Positions 9,001 to 17,880 of a stretch of DNA of 64,000 nt are shown piece after piece. The notes under the pieces were generated by a model. It was not told the DNA's origin, did no database searches, and saw only the letters and a program-made list of their open reading frames with translations. This stretch comes from Parcubacteria group bacterium (GTDB lineage Bacteria; Patescibacteriota; Minisyncoccia; 2-02-FULL-40-12), in contig JACPLU010000006.1 of the NCBI GenBank assembly GCA_016186395.1, positions 7,948 through 71,947 of the forward strand, written 5' to 3'. Position 1 is the stretch's first letter; every line of letters starts with the position of its first letter. A program made the translations under genes and the position numbers.

Positions 9001-9418
9001 ATTTTATCTCCAATCCGAGACTTTTAGCAGTCCCTTCTACAATCTTCATTGCTCCCTCAATATCATTGGCATTTAAATCCTCCATTTTCATTTCTGCGAT
9101 TTTACGAACATCGTCCTTGCTAACTGAACCAACTTTATTTTTATTTGGCTGTCCAGATCCTTTTTCAATCTTAGCCGCTTGTTTCAATAAAAAGGCGGCT
9201 GGCGGAGTTTTGGTAATAAAAGTAAAACTGCGATCCTCAAAAACAGTAATTTCAACTGGAATCACCTGGCCTTTTCTGTCTTGAGTCGCATCATTAAAAC
9301 GCTTAACAAAATCTTGAATATTTAAACCGTGCGGCCCAAGTGCCGTACCAACTGGCGGAGCAGGCGTTGCTCCCCCACCCACAATCTGAAGTTTTATAAT
9401 TGTTTTGATCTTAGGCAT
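8999..9418 (-). CDS. rplK: 50S ribosomal protein L11
   Basis: [42 protein letters not shown]. The real start is the internal ATG at 9416-9418; the longer ORF upstream is an artefact. Confidence 0.9.
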   Translation of the reverse strand: MPKIKTIIKLQIVGGGATPAPPVGTALGPHGLNIQDFVKRFNDATQDRKGQVIPVEITVFEDRSFTFITKTPPAAFLLKQAAKIEKGSGQPNKNKVGSVSKDDVRKIAEMKMEDLNANDIEGAMKIVEGTAKSLGLEIK

Positions 9419-9423
9419 ATTTG

Positions 9424-9455
9424 TGACTAATGACCAAAGTCTAAAGACTAAAGTC
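9424..9455. repeat. palindromic repeat-unit cluster (rplK/IVP-like junction)
   Basis: tgactaatgaccaaagtctaaagactaaagtc. Confidence 0.6.
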
Positions 9456-9465
9456 AAAATTAAAT

Positions 9466-9819
9466 TTATTTTAAACTATTAATTAAACCCTTAAGTTTTG
9501 AAACCACCAAACCACTCATCTGATATAAACTGTCAAAATCTTTACGATTTATAAAATCCAAATCTAAAGCTATATACAAACCAGAAATTACTTCTTCAAT
9601 TGATCCTAAAGACATTCGCAAAAATCTTTTGAACTCGGCATCTGATTTTTTATCGCTTCCTTCTGCTATATTCAATACTATAGAAACAGACACCCTACGA
9701 ATTTGACTTACTAATCCAAAAATTTCTTCTTTTGGAAAACGACTTGTAACTTTATAGATAGCAACAGTAAACTCTCTTGCCAACTTCCATACTTCAAGCT
9801 TTTCAAATCTATAGTACAT
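9466..9819 (-). CDS. four-helix-bundle protein of the 23S rRNA intervening-sequence / Avd family (TIGR02436-like)
   Basis: [51 protein letters not shown] is a textbook match to this family. The gene is flanked on both sides by the TAGTCTTTAGAC repeat clusters. Confidence 0.75.
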   Translation of the reverse strand: MYYRFEKLEVWKLAREFTVAIYKVTSRFPKEEIFGLVSQIRRVSVSIVLNIAEGSDKKSDAEFKRFLRMSLGSIEEVISGLYIALDLDFINRKDFDSLYQMSGLVVSKLKGLINSLK

Positions 9820-9834
9820 TTAATATATTACTGC

Positions 9835-9859
9835 CCTAGTCCTTAGACATTAGTCTTTA
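9835..9859. repeat. palindromic repeat-unit cluster (IVP-like/nusG junction)
   Basis: cctagtccttagacattagtcttta. Confidence 0.6.
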
Positions 9860-9870
9860 AGCCCAAAAAG

Positions 9871-10416
9871 CTATAATTTCCTCACCTGCAGAAAGTCCAA
9901 CTCTACCGGGGTTTCTCTACCAAACATTGTAACCAGAACCTTTACTCTACCCCGCTCTTCATCTATTTCGGCCACCTTTCCGTCGAAGTCTTTAAATGGT
10001 CCGTCGGTTATTTTTACGTGATCACCTATTACAAACCCAACTTTATATTTTGGCTCCTCCACACCCATTCTTTCAAATAGCCTCTTTACCTCCTCGTCAA
10101 CTAAGGGCGTTGGAACTGTTCCGGCACCAATAAACCCTGTAACATTTGGTGTATTTCTAACAACGTACCAAGAATCGTCGCTTACTATCATTTCAACCAA
10201 TACGTAACCAGGATAAATCTTTTCTTCAACTGTCTCTCTTTTTCCGCTCTTAATCTTAATTTTTTTTTCTTTTGGAACTAAAACCTGAAAGATTTTATCT
10301 TCCATATCTAATGACCCAATACGCTGTTTAAGATTTCTTGCAACATTTTCCTCATAACCGGCATATGTATGAATCGCGTACCAGCGTTTTTCACCTGTAG
10401 ATATTTGTTTTGGCAT
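9871..10416 (-). CDS. nusG: transcription termination/antitermination factor NusG
   Basis: RWYAIHTYAGYEENV at the N-terminus (NGN domain) and a KOW region GDHVKITDGPFKDFDGKV. Confidence 0.9.
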   Translation of the reverse strand: MPKQISTGEKRWYAIHTYAGYEENVARNLKQRIGSLDMEDKIFQVLVPKEKKIKIKSGKRETVEEKIYPGYVLVEMIVSDDSWYVVRNTPNVTGFIGAGTVPTPLVDEEVKRLFERMGVEEPKYKVGFVIGDHVKITDGPFKDFDGKVAEIDEERGRVKVLVTMFGRETPVELDFLQVRKL

Positions 10417-10427
10417 GATGATCTAAG

Positions 10428-10610
10428 CTAAAAAACTAGTTTTCTTAAAAGGAATCCGAAAAAATAATCCAATCCTCCAAGAAAAACCCCCAATACAATT
10501 GTAAATCCAATAACAACAACGGTGTATTTTAAAAGCTCTTGCTTTGTCGGCCAGTTTACTTTTTTGAGTTCTATTTGTACGTCCTTGAGAAAGGCGAGAA
10601 TTTGGTTCAT
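10428..10610 (-). CDS. secE: preprotein translocase subunit SecE
   Basis: 60 aa ending in one transmembrane helix; FLKDVQIELKKVNWPTKQEL; sits next to nusG as in most bacteria. Confidence 0.8.
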   Translation of the reverse strand: MNQILAFLKDVQIELKKVNWPTKQELLKYTVVVIGFTIVLGVFLGGLDYFFGFLLRKLVF

Positions 10611-10616
10611 AAATTC

Positions 10617-10712
10617 GTCTAAAGACTAGCGTCTGTCTAACGTCTAATGTCTAAGGTCTTAGTCGTTAGACTTTAGTCATTAGTCTATCGTTGGTCATTA
10701 GACTTTAAGCTT
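10617..10712. repeat. large palindromic repeat-unit cluster (about 6 units) downstream of secE
   Basis: aaagactagcgtctgtctaacgtctaatgtctaaggtcttagtcgttagactttagtcattagtctatcgttggtcattagactttaagc. Confidence 0.7.
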
Positions 10713-10919
10713 AATTTAACACTATTTCTTGGATTTTAAAATGGCCCGCAGGCCATTTAAGAATATAGCAAATATTAGAAATTTATACAAGACTTAACTT
10801 TTTACTCGCTCCTGACAAAAACCCGTTCAGGTTCTGGTAAAAAGGTAGTATCAACAATTCTTTCAACTCCATCTTCAAGCTCGGGAGTGGAAAGATTTTG
10901 AGAATAGTACCCTTTTAAA

Positions 10920-12206
10920 CTACGGAACGGGAAAACGAACTACAAATAATCCTCCGCTTTTGTACTCTGGCCTATTATACATATCACTGCCATAACTATA
11001 GCCGCGGTCATCCACATATATACCCCAACAACCGTTAAATCCTCCACTTGGTCCCTGCCAAGTTGGATAATGGCCTGCTTCAAAAGGCTGGTAAGGATTT
11101 GAAACATCAACTACCCTTATACCTTCTGTATACCAAGCACAGGAGAGTAAGTTACCCCTTAACATAAATTGATGCAAAATTGCTTTAGGTGGAATAGACG
11201 GATCGCGAAACTTACTAATTAATTTAATACTTTGAATATCTTGAATATCGTAAGTCAAAAGATGGTTGTTGCTTACCTCGTCCACTGCAAAAAGAAATTT
11301 GCTACCATCTGTTAACCAAATGCTATGAGTAAACTTTTGAGGCGTTTGAATATCAAAAACTTCTTTTAGATTCTGATGATCTTTTACATCAAGGGCTTTG
11401 ACATGTCCGGTATTTATTAAAGCGGCATAATAGATTGAATCACGAATAAAACCATCATGAACGAAATTGTCATAACTGTTGGGACCATAAACACCAAGTT
11501 CTTGGGGTTGGATAGGATTTGATATGTTTAAAATCACCATCCCGGACCCAATCTGGCTTCTGGAACCGTTGAGATATAGCCGAGCATTAACAGGATCAAT
11601 TACCAAAGTATGCGAAGTCAAATACTTTTCGTCTCCGCCAATAGGAATCAATTCGGGACTTTTGTGTGACGGATGATTTTTGTTTTCCGAATTATCTTGT
11701 GGCCAATGAGGTTGGTTTTCCCAGGAAGTCCCGCCAGAAAACAAATCCCCATCCTCGGTTTGTTCACCCCGCCAAAAAGTACTGATCAACTCGGGTTTAG
11801 ACAAGGACAAATCCACGATCTGCAAGCCACCCGGGAAACCTTCGGTTACAATGTAAAGAAATGTATGACCGGAAACCGGATCATAATAATCTTTCATCTC
11901 CCGCCAACTGGAATTTGAGCCCTCAATATAAGCCAACTCTTTACCCGCATGATTTTCGCCCGGCTCTGTTACATCAACAATACTTGTACCGGTAAATGTT
12001 CCCAAAAAGGCTAAATAGCGGCCGTTAACTTTACTCCCCCAATTTGAGGAATATTGAAGTTCAGGACTTTTCTGAAAATGTATAAAAAGTTCTAGTTCTT
12101 GAGAATTTGTACTTGAAATTTCTGTCTTAGTATTAATTGGGAATGCACCAAAAAATAAAGATAATGATACAAAAAATAAAAACGTGAATCTGATTTTAGA
12201 TTTCAT
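10920..12206 (-). CDS. secreted beta-propeller protein with LVIVD-like repeats
   Basis: N-terminal signal peptide MKSKIRFTFLFFVSLSLFFGAF; repeated GLQIVDLS / GIRVVDVSNP blocks. Confidence 0.5.
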   Translation of the reverse strand: MKSKIRFTFLFFVSLSLFFGAFPINTKTEISSTNSQELELFIHFQKSPELQYSSNWGSKVNGRYLAFLGTFTGTSIVDVTEPGENHAGKELAYIEGSNSSWREMKDYYDPVSGHTFLYIVTEGFPGGLQIVDLSLSKPELISTFWRGEQTEDGDLFSGGTSWENQPHWPQDNSENKNHPSHKSPELIPIGGDEKYLTSHTLVIDPVNARLYLNGSRSQIGSGMVILNISNPIQPQELGVYGPNSYDNFVHDGFIRDSIYYAALINTGHVKALDVKDHQNLKEVFDIQTPQKFTHSIWLTDGSKFLFAVDEVSNNHLLTYDIQDIQSIKLISKFRDPSIPPKAILHQFMLRGNLLSCAWYTEGIRVVDVSNPYQPFEAGHYPTWQGPSGGFNGCWGIYVDDRGYSYGSDMYNRPEYKSGGLFVVRFPVP

Positions 12207-12350
12207 ATATTCCTCCGATAAGTTATAAAAGTACAGCTCACAATTAAATCCTAAATCTGTTTACAATTAAAAGTCAACCCTGTTAAATATAAAAAACCGT
12301 TTCTAACACTGCAGTTTAAATAATTTGTTACCCTATGCCAAAAATTGTCC

Positions 12351-12400
12351 GATTCCGCGAGGTTCGACCTCGCGACTCCGAGGTCGAACCTCGCGGAACC
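12351..12400. repeat. perfect 20-bp inverted repeat (cruciform or terminator hairpin) downstream of gyrB
   Basis: ttccgcgaggttcgacctcg - cgactc - cgaggtcgaacctcgcggaa. A second hairpin cccctacgacat-tcaa-atgtcgtagggg lies at 12481-12508. Confidence 0.6.
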
Positions 12401-12516
12401 TCGGAGGGAACCATTCGTATGCACTTTTTGTTAAGTAGTTCCAAAATATTAATAGAAAACAAATAACACATTCCGCTCCCCCTACGACATTCAATGTCGT
12501 AGGGGAACAACAAGTA

Positions 12517-14622
12517 CTATATATCCAAATTCCTGACTTGTTTTGCGTAAGCCTGAATAAACTTCTTTCTGGGCAAAACTTCGTTACCCATTAAAACATC
12601 AAAAATTCTGTCTGCTTCTTCAGCATCTTCCATCGTAACTTGCAAAAGCACTCTCCTTGCCGGATCCATGGTTGTCTCCCAAAGTTCTTCCGAGTTCATC
12701 TCTCCAAGACCCTTATATCGTTGGACCGTAACACCCGGCAATATCTCTTTGGCTTCCTCTTCTGTAGACCCCCCTTCAACCCCATTAGCTTTTTCTTCTT
12801 CTGATTCAATCTCTAAGGTCGCTTCTTTTTCTTTTTTTGCAGACTTTTTCATACTAATCGTCTTAGCTATTTCAGAAAGAATCTTTTCTTTCTCTTGATC
12901 ATTGTATGCGTAATGCGCCTGACCACTTTTTTGAATTTTATAAAGCGGGGGTTGAGCAATATATAAGTGGCCCTGCTCAATAATTGATTTAAAATATCTA
13001 AAAAACAGAGTTAAATAAAGAGTTCTAATATGAGAACCATCCACATCTGCATCTGCCATTAAAATTAACTTGTGATACCTTAACTTAGACAAATCAAACT
13101 CTTCTCCAATGGCCGTGCCCAAAGCAATAATCAGAGCCCTGACTTTATCTGAAGCTAATAATTTATCAATCCTAGTTCTTTCAACATTTAATATTTTGCC
13201 AAATAAAGGAAGAATCGCTTGAGTGCGTCTATCTCTAGCTTGCTTGCTTGACCCACCGGCACTGTCGCCCTCTACAATAAATAATTCTGATTCAGATGCG
13301 TCACGGCTTGAACAATCAGCTAATTTGCCGGGTAAAGCTAATCCATCCATAGCTCCTTTTCTTATAACCGTATCGCGGGCCGCTTTTGCCGCAACCCGTG
13401 CTTTAGATGCCAAAATAACTTTTTCCATTATCTCTTTGGCATCTTGGGGACTTCGTTCCAGCCAATCAGCTAATTCTTCAGCCAATACTCCATCTACTGC
13501 AGTCCTTGCTTCCGGATTTCCAAGTTTTGCCTTTGTCTGACCCTCAAATTGAAGTTCCTTGTTTTTTATCTTTACAGAAATTACTGCGGTCAAACCTTCT
13601 CTTACATCTTCTCCAGTTAAGTTTTCATCCTTCTCCTTCAAATAGCTGTTTTTACGAGCGTAGTCATTTAAAGTCCTAGTAAGAGCGGTTCTAAAACCAG
13701 TCAAATGCATACCACCTTCAAGATTGTAAATATTATTTGCGAAACTTAATTCTTTACTTTGAAACTCTTCTGTGTACTGCATGGCTATCTCAACAAATAT
13801 GCCTTCTTTTTCTTTAGCAGCATAAAAAATCCCGCGATTTTTAACTTCTTCGTTTCTATTAAGATACCCGACATAAGAAACTATCCCACCCTCAAAGTAA
13901 AATCCATACGTAGGCATATTCTTAGATTTACTTCCCTGTTTTTGTACTTTTTCCGAATCAATCTCTATCGGACTCCTCTCATCTGTCACTAATATATGAA
14001 TACCTTTTGTAAGATAGGCTTGCTGGCGGAGATGATCTAAAACTTTATGAAAATCAAAACTAATCTCTTTGAATATTTCCGGGTCTGGTTCAAAGGTTAT
14101 AATTGTTCCTCTGGGAAAATCACTCGGCGCTTTACCAACTTTTTTAACATCTTTCTTTGCTTTACCGCGTTCATACTCTTGTTCATACAAAAAACCGTCG
14201 CGAGAGACTTCGGCTTTTAACCAAACTGATAAAGCATTGACTACCGAAACTCCAACACCATGTAAACCACCGGAAACCTTATACGATTCGCCGCCGAATT
14301 TACCTCCGGCATGTAAAGTGGTCATAACCGTTTCCAGTGCTGATTTTTTAGTTTGCGCATGTTTCTCAACTGGAATACCACGACCATTATCTTTCACTCG
14401 AACTTTGTTTCCCGGTAAAAGAGCAATTTCAATATTCTTGGCATATCCGGCCATTGCCTCGTCGAGCGAATTGTCAAAAACCTCCCATATTAAATGATGC
14501 AAACCGTCTACGCCGGTTGAACCAATATACATACCCGGTCTTTTTCTGACCGGTTCCAAACCCTCTAATACATAAATATCTTTAGCAGTATATGATCCTT
14601 CTTGTTTTACCAATTTTGTCAT
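12517..14622 (-). CDS. gyrB: DNA gyrase subunit B
   Basis: LEGLEPVRKRPGMYIGSTG, GLHHLIWEVFDNSLDEAMAGY, the TOPRIM motif EGDSAGGS and the C-terminal QRYKGLGEM. Confidence 0.95.
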   Translation of the reverse strand: MTKLVKQEGSYTAKDIYVLEGLEPVRKRPGMYIGSTGVDGLHHLIWEVFDNSLDEAMAGYAKNIEIALLPGNKVRVKDNGRGIPVEKHAQTKKSALETVMTTLHAGGKFGGESYKVSGGLHGVGVSVVNALSVWLKAEVSRDGFLYEQEYERGKAKKDVKKVGKAPSDFPRGTIITFEPDPEIFKEISFDFHKVLDHLRQQAYLTKGIHILVTDERSPIEIDSEKVQKQGSKSKNMPTYGFYFEGGIVSYVGYLNRNEEVKNRGIFYAAKEKEGIFVEIAMQYTEEFQSKELSFANNIYNLEGGMHLTGFRTALTRTLNDYARKNSYLKEKDENLTGEDVREGLTAVISVKIKNKELQFEGQTKAKLGNPEARTAVDGVLAEELADWLERSPQDAKEIMEKVILASKARVAAKAARDTVIRKGAMDGLALPGKLADCSSRDASESELFIVEGDSAGGSSKQARDRRTQAILPLFGKILNVERTRIDKLLASDKVRALIIALGTAIGEEFDLSKLRYHKLILMADADVDGSHIRTLYLTLFFRYFKSIIEQGHLYIAQPPLYKIQKSGQAHYAYNDQEKEKILSEIAKTISMKKSAKKEKEATLEIESEEEKANGVEGGSTEEEAKEILPGVTVQRYKGLGEMNSEELWETTMDPARRVLLQVTMEDAEEADRIFDVLMGNEVLPRKKFIQAYAKQVRNLDI

Positions 14623-14640
14623 AAATTATTTAAAATGCTC

Positions 14641-14667
14641 AAGGTCTAAAGACAAACATCTAAAGCT
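14641..14667. repeat. palindromic repeat units (gyrB/RT junction)
   Basis: aaggtctaaagacaaacatctaaagct. Confidence 0.45.
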
Positions 14668-14715
14668 GGGGTGTTTAAGCAGAAAAATGGCCTCAAAATC
14701 TAGTTTTTTATGAGG

Positions 14716-15696
14716 TCATTTTGAGTCATTATTACCCTTTAATTTTACCAGATTTTGTATATAAAAACAATGCTTAAAGCATAGTCTTGAGTGGATAATT
14801 TTAAGTTTTAATTTAATCGTTTCTATACTTTTATTTATTTCCACTCTTTTTAACATCCTTCTCTTAGTGGCTGTTCTCAACACTCTATGGTCTGAAAAGT
14901 GTACCCAACCAAGAAAATCAATCCCGGAATTTAAGGTTTTAATTGATACTTTATGAGGATGTAGCTGTAACCCAAGCCTATTTTGTAAAAAACTACTAAC
15001 TTGTGGCAATAAATCTAAAAGCCAATTCTTATTTTGTGAAAGAAAAACAAAATCATCAGCATAACGAATATAGTATTTAACTTTTAATTTGTGTTTTACA
15101 AACTGATCAAATTCATTCATATAGATATTTACTAATAATTGAGAAGTTAGATTACCAAGAGGCAGACCAATACCAAGATGAATTAAATAAAAACTAGAAA
15201 TAATTTCATTTAATAACTCTATAATATTTGGGTTTGAAATATATTTTTTTAAAATAGCAAGTAGAACTTGATGATCAATATTGGCAAAGAACTTTTTAAT
15301 ATCGCATTTTAAAACCCAGACTGTTTTTGTATTATTTTTTGATTCTTTATAAGAAAAATCTCTAAATCTATTAATTGCTTTATGAGTTCCTTTATTCAAT
15401 CTGGATGAATATGAGTCAGCAATAAATGTTTTGTCGAAAAATGGATAAAGTTGACGATAAATTGCGTGATGAAGTAATCTGTCTCTTACTTTAGCTTTAT
15501 GAATGCTTCTTGGTTTTGGATCAGAGATATTAAATGCTTGATACTCTCCGTGCTTGTAGATATGATTAGTTAAATCGTGATGTAAAGATAAAATATTATC
15601 CATTAGATTTAACTGAAATTCTTGAACATCTTTTCTTTTTCTTTTGCCTTTGATAAATTCTTTCCAGGCTTCAAGTAAATTTTCCAAACTAACCAT
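14716..15696 (-). CDS. diversity-generating retroelement (DGR) reverse transcriptase
   Basis: RT motifs are all present: LENLLEAWKEFIKGKRKRKDVQEFQLNL at the N-terminus, LKCDIKKFFANIDH, LPLGNLTSQLLVNIYMNEFD (the DGR-type [IL]GxxxSQ where group II introns have QGxxxSP), and YIRYADDFVFL. At 326 aa it has no maturase or endonuclease domain. Confidence 0.85.
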   Translation of the reverse strand: MVSLENLLEAWKEFIKGKRKRKDVQEFQLNLMDNILSLHHDLTNHIYKHGEYQAFNISDPKPRSIHKAKVRDRLLHHAIYRQLYPFFDKTFIADSYSSRLNKGTHKAINRFRDFSYKESKNNTKTVWVLKCDIKKFFANIDHQVLLAILKKYISNPNIIELLNEIISSFYLIHLGIGLPLGNLTSQLLVNIYMNEFDQFVKHKLKVKYYIRYADDFVFLSQNKNWLLDLLPQVSSFLQNRLGLQLHPHKVSIKTLNSGIDFLGWVHFSDHRVLRTATKRRMLKRVEINKSIETIKLKLKIIHSRLCFKHCFYIQNLVKLKGNNDSK

Positions 15697-15764
15697 TTCT
15701 TCGAAACTATGACAAAATTCAATTCTTTTACGCCCCCCCCCCCAGCAGCAGTAGCAGCACCTCT

Positions 15765-16112
15765 TTGCCTATTCTTCAGAAACTGATTGTGGTTTACAAA
15801 ATTTGGCATGGTTATTTACCTAGATTCTCAAAAGATCATCGCTATACACTAGGTTTTAAAATTGACTCGCTCTTTGTTGAGGTAATCGAAACCCTCCATC
15901 AAGCACAGTATATTTTTTGGAGACAAAAACAATCGTATTTGACTAAAGCTTCATCAAGACTAGATACGCTAAAATTCTTTCTCCAAATACTTTGGGAAAT
16001 AAACGGTATTGAAAATAAAAAGTATATTCATCTTTCTAAGCATATAGAAGAAATCGGAAAAATGCTTGGCGGATGGATAAAAGAAACAAATTTAAAAAAC
16101 CAAACCCTCTAA
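15765..16112 (+). CDS. avd: DGR accessory variability determinant (Avd)-like four-helix-bundle protein, on the opposite strand from the RT, TR and target
   Basis: 115 aa. YLPRFSKDHRYTLGFKIDSLFVEVIETL and the C-terminal IGKMLGGWIKETNLKN resemble Bordetella-phage bAvd (YPIAQSIPRKHGVAREMFLK... / VGRILGSWIARVNRKG). The template repeat starts 24 nt past its stop. Confidence 0.65.
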   Translation: MPILQKLIVVYKIWHGYLPRFSKDHRYTLGFKIDSLFVEVIETLHQAQYIFWRQKQSYLTKASSRLDTLKFFLQILWEINGIENKKYIHLSKHIEEIGKMLGGWIKETNLKNQTL

Positions 16113-16135
16113 TAAAGAGGGTGGAAATAAGCCAG

Positions 16136-16262
16136 TTGCGAGGAACCACGAGACGATCATTGGAGTTCCAATCATTGTCGAGCCTATTGAAGTTCAAGAT
16201 CCATTCGTCATCGTTCCAGTTCAGATACGGAACGTACCAATTGCCGTTCGAGTCCTGCCATT
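16136..16262 (-). repeat. DGR template repeat (TR), sense strand = minus
   Basis: 127 bp. It matches 16553-16679 at 104 of 127 positions; all 23 mismatches are at plus-strand T (sense-strand A) in this copy. Confidence 0.85.
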
Positions 16263-16472
16263 ACGTACAAAATGCCATCTGTACCACTGTCCTTCGAATT
16301 ATCTTAGGACTGTATCTTATTGGGGATCTTTAAATCCTCTAGCATTCTGAACCAAGTAGCTTTATTTTTTTAGAAATCTGAAAAGATTTCGGAATTGGAT
16401 CGCTTAAAACTTGTTTAGTCGTAAGCTAATTGATCTACTTTCCAAATCATAGTATATCAAAAATATAAAAAA

Positions 16473-16506
16473 ATGCCCGACAGGTTTAACAAACCCTGTC
16501 GGGCAT
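16473..16506 (-). promoter_or_regulatory. perfect 12-bp stem hairpin about 45 nt downstream of the VR/target stop codon (DGR retrohoming hairpin candidate)
   Basis: atgcccgacagg-tttaacaaac-cctgtcgggcat. Confidence 0.55.
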
Positions 16507-16548
16507 AGAGCCAAGGGATCCAAGAACCAAGAGTTCAAGGATCCTTAA

Positions 16549-17097
16549 CTACTTGCGAGGAACCACGAGACGATCACGGGAGTGCCAAGCACGGCCGAGC
16601 CTATAGAAGCGCAAGACCCATCCGCCAACGCGCCAGTGCAGATACGGAACGTACCAACGGCCGTCCGAGCCCTGCCAAATGGTGCCCGGAAAAACCAGGT
16701 AGTACTTCCGAAGTTCTTTTGAAATCTTGCTTTGGTTTTCCAAAAGCCACTCGGCATCTTCCTGGCCGTAGTTAGCGTTAAACTCTCTCCTGGCTCGAAG
16801 TACCATCTCTTCGCCGTTAACATAGGTCTCACCCTCTTTCAGGAACGAGATCCCATCGACGGCAGAGAAAATACGATGCGGAACACTCTCTAGAAGCGTC
16901 CAGCCTTCTTTGCGCATGTCACGCTTGAAGGTGGCCACGATAGGGCCGAAGCGACCCTCAATGGCAAACTGGAGATGTACCTTGAGCTGAAAGGGGTCAA
17001 ATGGGTAACCGCTCGGCTGCCTCATCTGACGCTTTATCTCCCAGAGTTGACCGTCCAACTCTTGGTAGAGATCGCCTGCGACCATGATATTGGCCAT
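16549..17097 (-). CDS. DGR target protein (182 aa) carrying the variable repeat in its last ~43 codons; no signal peptide
   Basis: The C-terminus TIWQGSDGRWYVPYLHWRVGGWVLRFYRLGRAWHSRDRLVVPRK is encoded by the VR. The VR abuts the TAG stop. Confidence 0.8.
   Translation of the reverse strand: MANIMVAGDLYQELDGQLWEIKRQMRQPSGYPFDPFQLKVHLQFAIEGRFGPIVATFKRDMRKEGWTLLESVPHRIFSAVDGISFLKEGETYVNGEEMVLRARREFNANYGQEDAEWLLENQSKISKELRKYYLVFPGTIWQGSDGRWYVPYLHWRVGGWVLRFYRLGRAWHSRDRLVVPRK
16553..16679 (-). repeat. DGR variable repeat (VR)
   Basis: Counterpart of the TR. The first 24 nt (ttgcgaggaaccacgagacgatca), next to the stop codon, are invariant and GC-rich, consistent with an IMH-like element. Confidence 0.85.
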
Positions 17098-17171
17098 GAC
17101 GATTTTCCTCCGTTAAACAAATTTCCTATGAAATTTGTTTACTTGCTGTTTGATTTTGGTTCAGCCTTTGC

Positions 17172-17222
17172 TTTGCCACAGCAGAAAGTGGCCCGCATAA
17201 AGTCACTTTCTGCTGTGGCAAA
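17172..17222. promoter_or_regulatory. perfect 19-bp inverted repeat hairpin between the DGR target start and the upstream gene
   Basis: tttgccacagcagaaagtg - gcccgcataaagt - cactttctgctgtggcaaa. Confidence 0.5.
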
Positions 17223-17326
17223 ATTATCATAAAATCGCTTTATAAATGTACTATTTCTATACCACAATTATACCATATATAACATAACTACGCAAGGTTT
17301 TAAAAAATGGCTTAAAAAGAGTAATT

Positions 17327-17878
17327 TTACGACAATTTTCGAGCTAAAACTTTCTCGTGATTTGCATCAAAATCATATCTATAAATTGCCACGACTTTAC
17401 GAACCGGTTCGCCATCTTTGGTGCCATAAGTATAATGATGTTTAATTGGCTGACTAACTTTATAATAGGTACTTACTGCCTCATCACTGCCAATGTAAAA
17501 AGCTGCATGGTTTCTTTCTTCGTCACCTTCCTCCTGAAATTTCTTTGTTTCATACACAAGCACATCACCAGGTTCTGGTTTCCCTGCTTTTTCCCAATCG
17601 CTTGATTCTAAATCCCGCACAACCTCATAAACACTCGCATGCAGATCGTGAATGAGTTTGAACATAAATAAAATGCGCGAAACAAAAACCGCGCACGATC
17701 GCCTTCCGTTTTGTAAAATATCGGTCTTTTCTCCATCAACTTCAGCATATAAATTCTGAAATAAATTTGCGCCAACACTTTTTTTAATCACCTCAATATA
17801 ACTTTCTTTTATCAAAAGTTTTATACTTTTCTTAGGCGTACTTAATTCCTGAACTGGATTGTTTGGAGAATCACTCAT
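17327..17878 (-). CDS. hypothetical protein, possible papain-like (NlpC/P60-type) Cys/His hydrolase
   Basis: RSCAVFVSRIL (Cys) and NHAAFYIG (His) resemble the DCSG and HVGIY catalytic blocks. The match is weak. Confidence 0.35.
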   Translation of the reverse strand: MSDSPNNPVQELSTPKKSIKLLIKESYIEVIKKSVGANLFQNLYAEVDGEKTDILQNGRRSCAVFVSRILFMFKLIHDLHASVYEVVRDLESSDWEKAGKPEPGDVLVYETKKFQEEGDEERNHAAFYIGSDEAVSTYYKVSQPIKHHYTYGTKDGEPVRKVVAIYRYDFDANHEKVLARKLS

Positions 17879-17880
17879 TT

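Noticed and set aside
8982-9284. 100-aa plus-strand ORF
   Set aside because: Fully antisense to rplK, whose product is unmistakable.
12328-12513. 61-aa minus-strand ORF downstream of gyrB
   Set aside because: Composed of the two perfect palindromes (12351-12400 and 12481-12508); non-coding hairpin DNA.
16073-16333. 86-aa plus-strand ORF
   Set aside because: It lies entirely over the DGR template repeat, which is read on the other strand, and starts inside avd. It is an artefact of the GC-rich repeat.
16545-16832. 95-aa minus-strand ORF in an alternative frame over the VR
   Set aside because: Out of frame with the 182-aa target ORF, which has the conserved VR-encoded C-terminus. The target frame is preferred.
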